Below, one piece after another: positions 46,604 through 57,050 of a DNA stretch of 64,000 nucleotides. Each line of letters opens with the position of its first letter. The stretch's first letter is position 1. This DNA comes from Zancudomyces culisetae HAW-14-8 (taxonomy: Eukaryota > Fungi > Kickxellomycota): the NCBI GenBank assembly GCA_052426225.1, contig JBNJNM010000014.1, forward strand, positions 186,001-250,000, written 5' to 3'. The notes beneath the pieces are model-generated. The model had not been told where the DNA came from. It ran no database searches and worked only from the letters and a program-made list of their open reading frames with translations. The position numbers and the translations under genes were made by a program.

Positions 46604-49527
46604 TAAGCTGATGAAAGTGCATTACTTCACGAGCCGTCTAAAAAATGAACTTAAATTTGCATAGTTACTCTTATTTTCATTATATCAATCCTATTTAATT
46701 TAGCTACTATTTTTTAGCTTGGTAAAAAAAGCCAGCTTTGGGATAATAAATTCTATTGGTTATTATTTTTATTTATGTTATCAACAACATATGTTTATAA
46801 TATATTAAAACATGATATAAAGATATTTGCAGCACAGGTTGAATTTTGTGAGCTATATTCTGAAAATGTTAAAATATACTCAAAATAGCTATGGAAACTG
46901 CAAAACGCAGGTTTTTTAGAACTGAAGTGACAAAAAATAAATTTAAGTGTACTCGACATCATTACGTCAATTTTCATCTTTTCAACTTTCAATTAGTTGT
47001 ATATTCTTGCAATTGTCGTGTATTCTAGGTTATAAGATCTGAATGTTTTAATTTCTTAGTAAACTTGAAGCAATTATTAGAAAGCATAATATTTCAAATC
47101 TGAAACTTATACTATTCATAATATTAGCAAGAAAGTTTTGAATCTTATTTCCGATCACAAAATTAATTTAATTCTCGGATCAAAAAATACAAAAGCAAAA
47201 TTACAAAGCGAAATAAGAACAGAGAAAGAATTTATAACTTATATTTAATCAAGTTAAAATGTATTTAATCGACTATGAAAAATGAGATAGAATATGAAGA
47301 TGATGGTAAGCTTGTATAAAGTATTAACTGCTATAATAATTATTAACCTGATAAGTATTATATTAGTTTTAACAGAGCTATAACACATTTAAACGCAAAG
47401 CAATCTTTTTATGAGTATATTTAGCTCTTTTAGTAGTTTTAATGTATATTGTAAACAATGAGACTGTTTGAATTAAGATTTTTTAATAGTACAAGTCATA
47501 CGAATAGTTCTAAGGCTAGTTTTCAAAGTTAAAAACAATATTTTAGAAAAACTAAAATCTCAATGTCAGGTTTATAAATCAACTTTGTTAGGCAATCATT
47601 CAACAGTTCCGGGATTATGACCGCTACTCTTGTGATAGTGACATATCAGACGTCTCGTCTATAATGTAAAACCCGAATCGGCACGTGACCCATTTAAAAA
47701 TTGAAAAATGATAAATCAGGTGTTTCTATCCGTCAGAAACTCGACCAACGAACGTTAAATACCCGGTCACGTCCGACAATATGTTAATTACTGTATCCAT
47801 TTGTTGTACACCACATACACAAAAAATTCTACCTCTGAAAATGCTTCCTGCAATTTTTCTCAAGCTCAAACCAACTTGTCGAAATTTGATAAACAATCGA
47901 GTGAGAGTTTGAGTATAAATAAGCTAAGAAGGTTAAACAGAATTTGTTTGAATTGTGTATTTATTTCAAATAATTTCAAATAAACTGTAAAATTTCTAAA
48001 GAATGGAGATTATACTATGTATCAAAGTATTATGATCTTGATACCTCAATACTTAGTGGCTAAAATCTCAATCTTGATCTCTGAAAGATTTATCAAATGA
48101 ATCCAAAGACTTAATTATATCCAATCCTCTTGATGACACATCCGCTATATCAAAAGTATAGAAAATAGATTCTTAGTACTAGCACAAACATAATTTCTTT
48201 TTCTTGAAACTATCGATTGATTTTATAAATGTTTCAATTCCTACTGTTTACTTACACTAATATCAGAATATTCTAATTTTTAAAACTGCAAATCTCCAAG
48301 TATTCAAAACTAAATATCTTCTATACTTGGTAATTGAAGTTGATACTTCTGGGGATTTACAATTATTAATCTGTGAAGCACTACTTTTGTCTCTACTACA
48401 ATGCTACGTCTGAAAATCCAAAGATCATTATCCTGCCCTTATAAACATTCTTGTTTTAATTTGCTGTTTATTCCTCTATACTCATTAATTATCTTATTCA
48501 CTAAATTAATTTATATATCTTTTTATCAAATACACTTACAATTCAATAAATTAGCAATAAATCCCACAACTTTAGCACTTTATCATTATTTAACCCAGCT
48601 ACTATAAATAAATACCCCTTTCTCACCCGCGCACATAACATGTTGTTATGCTCCATAACCCAATTATTATAGATATTATTCATAATCCTTTATTTAAACA
48701 ATAGATTTCCCGTAGTTTTGATACCCTAAGTTTTCTAACCTGTTTAATAAATCACGTATTATCCTAGCCTTAACACACACTCACTAAAATCAATAGGTAT
48801 AAATATCGAGTATGGGTAATTGGATCTAAATAATTTTTTAAAATCTATACGCTAAAGCTGAGACTTATTGCTATAGGAAAATTAAAAACAGATCAGTTCT
48901 AGTCAGTAGATAGGCTAGTAAATATGGGACTGATGTATAGAAAAGTCGAAACCCCGAGTTTATTTTACAATAAGAGCAGAATAGTGACCATTACACATAT
49001 TTTTTTGAACTCAAATACTGCGCCTCAGTTCAGAATCGTTTCTAAGACGTACATCACATTTATTTAATTCAGGGAGCGATGAGAAATTAAGAGAGATGTG
49101 TGGATAAATTCTTTTTTAGGTAGATTCCGTGACAGGGAGTCGCAAGATTGGTTTCTCTATTCGTATAGTGGAGGGAAACCAGTGTAATATTCTGGCTTGC
49201 ACTGGAAACAGAAAATTTTTTAAACATTGTCTGTCAAACGAAGATAATAATCTTAGATTGACACAGAGCAGAAAAGACCTCTTTGAACCAACGAACGGTA
49301 GGTATGAGGTCTCTACAATATGGAGTGGAATTGGTTATGTATATAATATGTAGGTTTATTCTTTTAGTTATTTTATGCGATGTTTATTTAATAAGCTAGT
49401 TAACTTAAAACGAACTATTTTACTAAATAGAGGATAAAATTAAGACTGTAATATCAATACAGCTGAAGAAGGGAAAATGATTATATCAAGAACACACTTT
49501 TGGCTTAGGTTCACTTGAGCCTAGCAA

Positions 49528-50286
49528 TTATTTTCCACCAGCAGCTGGCTTTGGGGCGGCTACTGGGGCTGCTGCAGCGGCTGGTGCTGGTGCTGGTGTT
49601 GCAGCAGCTGGTGGTGTAGATTCCTTAATTGCTTTTCTCAATTCTTTGTAGCTTTCCAAAGTACCTCTACTTTTAAGGTTGGCAAATGCCTTCTTGAGTT
49701 CATCAAATACTGGATCGCTGAAAAGCTTGTTTACACGTGCTCTCTTGGACTCAAGGCATTTGCTGCACTTCTTGCATGCCTTGAAGCATCTCAATGGTCT
49801 GGTGCGTTTCCAGAACGTCTTAGCAGTCATCTTTCTGCATTTAACTTGGCACTCATTAGTGCACTTCTCATACTCAGGACCTTCAAATTCAGAGCACTTT
49901 CTTTCACATTTTATCATGCATCTTCTTCTGGCTACTCTGAACAAGCACTTTCTGAATTTTCTCTTGCATCTTCTAACTCTTCTTGATCCTCTGCGTTTTC
50001 CGGCAGCCAACTCATTTCCCAAGGTTCCATCGCAGGACTCGTTTGAATACTCACCATTGTTCTCAGCGTAGGTTAGGTCACCCAGGTTTTGGATCCAGTC
50101 CCCATTATTGTTGTTGGTGTTTTCGTTTTGGTTGAAAGCAATACCTTCATTTCCAGATTCATAAATTTGGTTATCATTTTGGTGTACTGAGTTTTGATAC
50201 ACATTGCTTTGTGCCGATTGTGAAGAAGCGGATACGCTCAAGGCGTTTAAAGCGAGGGTCAGTAAACTAAGGGTAAAGGTTTTCAT
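49528..50286 (-). CDS. Secreted precursor: signal peptide, Asn/acidic propeptide, cationic CX3C-rich domain, Pro/Ala tail
   Basis: MKTFTLSLLTLALNALSVSA; GKRR site; RRCKRKFRKCL...RRCMIKCERKC...KCTNECQVKCRK...RCFKACKKCSKC; C-terminal PAAATPAPAPAAAAAP. Confidence 0.85.
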   Translation of the reverse strand: MKTFTLSLLTLALNALSVSASSQSAQSNVYQNSVHQNDNQIYESGNEGIAFNQNENTNNNNGDWIQNLGDLTYAENNGEYSNESCDGTLGNELAAGKRRGSRRVRRCKRKFRKCLFRVARRRCMIKCERKCSEFEGPEYEKCTNECQVKCRKMTAKTFWKRTRPLRCFKACKKCSKCLESKRARVNKLFSDPVFDELKKAFANLKSRGTLESYKELRKAIKESTPPAAATPAPAPAAAAAPVAAPKPAAGGK

Positions 50287-51539
50287 CTTTAGTGTATTTT
50301 CTAACAAGGTTTTTTTTAGTGAAGTCTAGCTAAAGGGTTGAATGATTATAGTTTTTCTTCTATTAGAGTGCGATGATGATATAGAAAACTCAGAATATGG
50401 CCGAATTTGAAGGTATTTATACTTTTTTTATGCTGATAAAACTACTCTCGCTTGAGTAAACACTTTCTATATTAAACTGTTTTGAATTAAGGCAAAGAAA
50501 AATTTGATACTAGGTATGTTTTTGATATGTGTGCGTGTGTGTGTATGTGTATATTATACAAATATAGTGTGGTCATATTAGATTTTATCGAGATTTATGT
50601 CAAATCCATACCTTATAGCGAATCAAAAACGCGACTGCGTGATTACAGCAACATATCAGGATGTGTAGTATTTACTCCGGAGAATAAATTTATATTAGTG
50701 AGCACTTTCCTTATAAAAAATATATATCTTATAAAGTGGAATATCACTTTCTATTGGTATATTCATTTAAAAAATGGTGAAATGAAATGAAATCCTGAAC
50801 AAAAAATAAGCACTAATAAGAAAAAAAATTAATACTGAAAATAAAGTTCCAGAATACTTGGGGGTGCAAGGTTCTAGAATTTTAATAATACTATTACAAA
50901 TGTGTTATATTTAATTTATACCAGAAGACTAGTCAACAAGAACAATCTCCACTATGAAATAAAAACTTTTTTCCAAATTAACCAATCAGGTTATAGTTAT
51001 TTAAAGGTATTGAACAGTCTTTTAAGAAAAGAACCTGCAACAGTTGAGAGGATGAAAAAACAACAGTTGAGGAAGCCAATACCAGAAGCGTCGACTAACA
51101 ACTACTGATAGATTACCGCCAAGTTTCAAAGCGGAATGTGAGCAATCATCAATTTTATGGGCCCAACCATGAGTGACCCTTTACTGCCGAAACAGGCAGG
51201 CGCAAAAAGTCCTACAAATCTATTCAATAAATGACGCAATAAGTTCGCAAAAAGATCTACTTTTCACATACTCAGAATTGGAGACAAAAAAACCTGTTTG
51301 AAAACTGACTAAGAGACGATCTGATTACACTCTCAGTGTAACTTGAGCTCAATTCGGGAATTACCACCGCCAAGACGTTTTAAAACTTTTCAGCCATATG
51401 AAGGGCTACCTCAAATTTGTGGAACATAATAAAGGACAGAATAGCTTATTTTACTTTCTAATAAGGAAACAACTAAGTTGGTATACAAGCCATTTTTATT
51501 GCTTATTAAAAAGTAGAGTTTTTTAAATCAATGAATATG

Positions 51540-53100
51540 ACAGGGAAGTGACAGTGATGAACATTTCCAGTTTCTGAGAAGCAGTACTCTTTCTGTTGAT
51601 TCCCAATATAATTAAAAAGTGGGAAAAAACGAAGTGACACTAATGTAAAAGACTCTTTTGTGGAAAAAACACTTATAATGGATCAGAACGACATAAAGAT
51701 AATATTCGTGAATAAAAACATAGGGTTCCCTAGAACGTTATTTGTTGAAGTACTGATGACTATTTTCTGGGAAGGCTGCAACCAGATATATAATTTCAGC
51801 AAACAAAAATAACACAGAAAAAATGTTTGTCACGAGCTTGAGGAGAGTTAGGGGGACAGCTGCGACTAAAACCCGAGAGGATAGGGGGAAAAAAATTCAT
51901 CAAGGAGTATAAAACTAAGATAAAGGTACGAATCAACGTCTGAAAAACCAAGGGTGGATATCATAAAGGGAGCATGATGTAACCCATTAGAAAACTGACG
52001 AACATCACAAGACCATGGATAAGGAACCGGTATAAATGCACTAGCCACGACAGTAGAACAACATCAACAACAACATGGGGGAGAGGGGGCTGTCCCCAAT
52101 CTAAGCTCAGATCCCTTTGATGTTTGTATCATCGGTTTTAATGCTACTATAAATAATAAACCAACTGTGGTTTTGAAGTAAACATAGTTTATGAACAAAT
52201 TACTGCCAAGAGTGAAATTGAAAGGATGAACAGCAAAGAACTTGAGACACACATTGCACACATTGGGTGGGGTCGGGTCCAATTAAATCTAGTAAAACAA
52301 GAAAAATTGAAAAAAATAAACAGAAAAGTTCTTAAACAAAACCACATAGTCACATGATCAGGACACCAACTCAGCCAAATTTCAGATCTGAATCTCGAAA
52401 CGACGAGAAGACAATAAGCACGAGTGTAAAGGTATCCATACCTAAACACGCTAGAGCTACCAATTTTGACCCAGCTAACTGGGGGGAGCATCAAGACGCT
52501 GGTGGCAACTCCATAACGAATTATAAAAAAAGTGGTCAGGAGGGGAATAAAACTCACGATCACACTCAGCCAAAACTCTGGTACGCTGACTTGATACACT
52601 GAGACTAGCGATGACAATGTGTCGTGCAAATAAATAATGTTCAGAAGTCGGTACATCGATCGTATCTTTTACTCTGTAGAATCTTTTATACATTATTGAA
52701 TAGTTTTAGTATGTAAACATTTATCTAGGTATATGTGTATTAACAAAACTTTCTATAGTTAGATTAGGCTTTATTAGGATAAAAAGTCAATGGATGAACA
52801 TAGGGTATATTAAAAATAAAAGTTATAAAGATAATAGTTTGGAAATAATTTTCAGTAGAATAATTATAAATAAATAATACAATTATATTTATGCGTAAGA
52901 ATTAACATTGGAAGGTTCTTGCGACAGATGAAAGTGGTGTTGGGAGCATTTAACTACCAAATTTTGATTCAACATGAAGAATTGACTCACAAATGAACAC
53001 TTGGTAACTTTCAAACATATTTCTAGAGTACATCGAAAGAAGTAATACTGGCTCTAGCTACAAGAAAATAAACCTAGTATTAGTTAAATATTTCTACTTA
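51540..53100 (+). mobile_element. Heavily decayed LINE-like (non-LTR) retrotransposon relic: ORF1 knuckle and AP-endonuclease motifs
   Basis: FWEGCNQI-Y-NF-S-KQK*-H-RKNV-C at 51789-51830 keeps CX2CX4HX4C spacing, with TAT and AGC each one base from a Cys codon. Downstream NYIYA (~52881) and VVLGAFN (~52934) resemble APE 'IYAP' and 'GDFN'. Many stops; boundaries are approximate. Confidence 0.45.
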
Positions 53101-54213
53101 GTAATACCAATGAGATGGGCTCAAGTCAATGAAGCAGACAATATTGTGTCAAGTAGGAACCAGTCCCTAATCCTTGCTAATAACAGAGAGAAATCATCTA
53201 AACAAGCAATGAAGGTACGAAAATGATGTAAAAGATATAATCTGGAGATTAGTTACGTCAGAATAAACCAACCGACAATGGCATTGAAGATTAATAGAGA
53301 GGTAGAATTTAACTGTAGAAATGAATACAGATTCAGGCCTAGAAAACATATGTTAAACGGTGGATAAAAACCGAGTATAAAGATCTATAACGTAAGCGGT
53401 ATAAACTGGTTTAAGGCAAACTATATTATAAATAATTCATGCCATTATCGCCAGGCATATTGAAGGTAAATATTTTAACATTTTATTATATTCGTTGCAC
53501 ATATTACCATATGTAAATAGATTTAATTACTAGTACTAAAAACATTAAAAAAGGTTAAATAGATCTTTTTACTATATTTGTAATAAATTTTTACTGATAT
53601 TATTGAAAATATAGTAATAGATTGTGTAGAAATATACTACTGATACCCACCCATTGCACCCATATTCCTATTCAAAATTACTTTGAAGTAAATAGAAATT
53701 CGCGTAGAACAGTAGTGGGGCTCAGCATGGTAATCATTCAGAATTCAGTACTCTAAGCGATCATTTTAAAAAAATTTAGTTGATTTGATTGAATTATTTC
53801 AAAAGTTTGAAAATAGCATTCACACATCTAGCGTATTAATCTACTCAGACGTTTGTAGTTTTATGTGATATTTATTTAAAATATTCTAAATCTCAAAAGC
53901 TAGTTCACTTGGCCAAACTATCTCATTAAGAAACTTGGAAGTGTAGAAATAGTTATGAGAATTTAGGTCGTGAAATTAGTAATATGAACTGAAGAGGTTG
54001 TAAGTTCTTATTTATAATATAAAGGAAGGTAAATTTAAATTTAGAAAAATGTTCAATTATAAGATTTAGCTATTAATACAATGATGTATACTTTTAATTA
54101 AAAGTTGTTGTATATGTACATATGATATTAATGCCATGACAGAGAAAGAGAAAATTCAATAACGATAAATTTAAATAGTTCTTTTAATTTAAAAAGGTAC
54201 TAATTAACTTTTA

Positions 54214-54612
54214 AATATGTTTAGTTGAATAGAATGTAACTTATTATTATTATCGAATATTCAGAGACAAGTATGTTCCACTCAATTCCCACTCAACTCC
54301 CACCCATGTCTAGCTCAAACTGTGGTAAAGATTTAACAGAAAGCAGGGAACATCAATTTATATTCGGTTTAAATTCATTTATAAGAATTATATTGTAATG
54401 TCTGTCATAAAATACAACATTCAGTATAAAGTTTCTGAATTTAAACGCTTTATATTTATATAACTACTACCAAATTTAATTCCAATAGGTTCGATAACAA
54501 TCTTTGTCTAGGAAAAAATTTTCGATTTATATATAGATTGGTACACACATAATTGTATCTGGATGTTCCCATAATAATAATAAGTTTTCATTTCATTCAA
54601 CTAAACATATTA
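54214..54612 (+). mobile_element. Solo ~400-bp DIRS-end derivative (second half of ICR through right terminus)
   Basis: Diverged colinear match to 33097-33517; begins AATATGTTTAGTTGAAT and ends ATTCAACTAAACATATTA. Confidence 0.85.
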
Positions 54613-54621
54613 TTAACAACA

Positions 54622-55722
54622 CTAAAATAGTAAAACTAACATTGAAGATAATAGCATCACTAGTGTAAACCCAGTACTCTGCAAAATAGTTGAGGCGGAA
54701 GTGGAAGTACTATGATCCCCACCAGTGTTTTTATCGGTATCTGTGTTGGTATCTGTATCTGTGTTTGTATTATTACTTTTTGAGTAGTCAGGTGAGGGTC
54801 GTGCAGTTGTATCCAATAGGTACGATTTCTCAATTCCTGTAACTTTTACAATCCAGTCAACGTAGCTGTATACATGGGTATAATAATTCGTTTTAGCATC
54901 TTCCGGAAGAACAATTGCACCACTGCTAGATCTACCTGTATTACTCGCAATACCAACAAGTAAATTAGCCCCATTATTTATGTATACCAAGGGACTTCCA
55001 CCATCTCCATTTGCCAAACCTTTGCCGTCCTTTACTAGTGTACAAACAATATCTTTGTTATTATCTGACCAAATGGTATTAGTGTCTTTACAAACATCCG
55101 AAGAAGAAGGTGAATGTGCAATTTTCTTTAGTGTTTTATTCTCTAAATCCGATAGTCCAGTTGAAGCGAGATCCCAACCTGCTGTAACCAGCTTCATATC
55201 ATCCGTTACATTTCCACTGTAAATCGCTACTGGCGTGGTAAAATTTTTTGGAATTGTAGTGTTTAACTCGATAGCTGCTATGTCATTTTCTAATGTCACG
55301 GGTGAAAAATTGGGATGGTAATGAACTTCACGTATCTTTATAAAAGCCATGGGGCCGAATTTTGATTCTCCAACGCCAATAAAAGCTCCTGTATAGTTAA
55401 GATATTGCGTGAACTCATTGTTCTCATCTAAGAAACAGCTAGCTGCAGTTACTGCTACTTGGTCAGATATTAGTGAAATATGACACTTTCTGTTACTGAC
55501 CGGCCCTAAGATTGCGTACAAGATTTGAACATATGGAAAATCCTCTCTCTTTGCTGATTCCCCATTTAGTATTCTCGCATAGTTAAGATCGCCTGACCCG
55601 TTTTGTGGCATGATTGCATTGGAATCTGCATTATTAATTGAGGTGGCATGTGCAACAGCAATACCTCCAAGTGATAATGTTGTAACGATATGTTTACGGA
55701 AAAATTTATTGTTTAATTTCAT
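54622..55722 (-). CDS. Trypsin-family (S1A) protease homologue, catalytically inactive, probably GPI-anchored
   Basis: Signal peptide; activation site R|ILNG; TAASC (His replaced by Ser); NDIA (Asp kept); GDGGSP (Ser replaced by Gly); TDTN/Ser-Thr stalk and hydrophobic C-terminus. Confidence 0.85.
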   Translation of the reverse strand: MKLNNKFFRKHIVTTLSLGGIAVAHATSINNADSNAIMPQNGSGDLNYARILNGESAKREDFPYVQILYAILGPVSNRKCHISLISDQVAVTAASCFLDENNEFTQYLNYTGAFIGVGESKFGPMAFIKIREVHYHPNFSPVTLENDIAAIELNTTIPKNFTTPVAIYSGNVTDDMKLVTAGWDLASTGLSDLENKTLKKIAHSPSSSDVCKDTNTIWSDNNKDIVCTLVKDGKGLANGDGGSPLVYINNGANLLVGIASNTGRSSSGAIVLPEDAKTNYYTHVYSYVDWIVKVTGIEKSYLLDTTARPSPDYSKSNNTNTDTDTNTDTDKNTGGDHSTSTSASTILQSTGFTLVMLLSSMLVLLF

Positions 55723-57050
55723 TATTATTATATATCTAGCCTTGTATTTGTCTTTTGTTAAAACCAATTATGAACAAGTATAATTAGATGTTTTAATACG
55801 GAATAACGTGGAATTCAAAAAGAAACACACAGATTTGTTCGGCTTATATAGTATTTCCTACATAATTACAAATGAAATCCATCTTGATCTTACAACTGAT
55901 TAGAGTCAGAAAAGAATAAAACTTTATGAAACCATTAGTATAGATGAAAATCAGATTATTTGCTGGAATTGCTAAATCATGTTTACCATCTTTGTTTCAT
56001 GCAATCAGGCATACTGGACGCGTATTTTTCTTTGTAATTTCGAGCAATCAAATCTCAATTTCTAGCAGAATTCGTAGATTATAAAATACCCATCTTTGCA
56101 GATTGATTGCGAGTAATCTACGTAAATTATACTGAATATCTGTTGGCCAAACACACATCTGGCCAATAATATATGCCAAGTGATGAGAAAAATATGTTTT
56201 GAGAAACACCAAAGCTCAAAACCATGTAATATCCGTACCTCAGAGCAAATAAAAATCACCCAAAAACGGATAGATCTACTGAATAAGTGCACTGGCATCA
56301 TAAAACTTATGTCGTGTTGATACCAATGTTGTACTTTATTTTAGCTAACTTGCTATTTCACTCTTCTCATATACAAAGAATTTCTTCCTCTTTACCTTTT
56401 ATCTTTGTTTTCTGGTACTTTTTCAATTTGCGCTAATTATAACTATCGTGAATTACTACTATAGGCTAAGACATCATTTGATGCTCTTTGATAGGCTATT
56501 ATAGGAAAATTATAGTTTGGTTGAATACTATGAAGATCTATAATATTTTATGTGTAGAAAAATACTATTGAAGTGTGTAATCCAGTTTACTATCTTTCAA
56601 AAATATTCAAAGTACACATTTCTGAATCTTTATCATACTACGTCCCACTGTACTTACCATCAATTTCTATTATTATATGTTTTAGTTTGAGTGAGTAATT
56701 AGGTGTATGTTGGGTATCAAGCGATTTTTATACTCATACAGTTCTTATAGTTTTTCTTAATACAACCAAAATATAACTGCATTTTTAATACATGAAGATA
56801 TATATTAAGCGACTCTTAAATTACAAGACACTTATATTTTATATTGAAAATTGTATACAACCTCATAAAATATTTTTGCCTAACTATTTCTATAAAAAAA
56901 TACGATAAGAATCATATGCTGAAACCACGTATGTTACTTTTCCGCATGTAAATTGAGTTTAGCCACTAACGGTAAATTGTTGTATTTATTTGCGATTAGC
57001 TTCAGTAAATGTAGTTTAAAAAAATGTATAAAGCAAATGCAAAAATAAAC

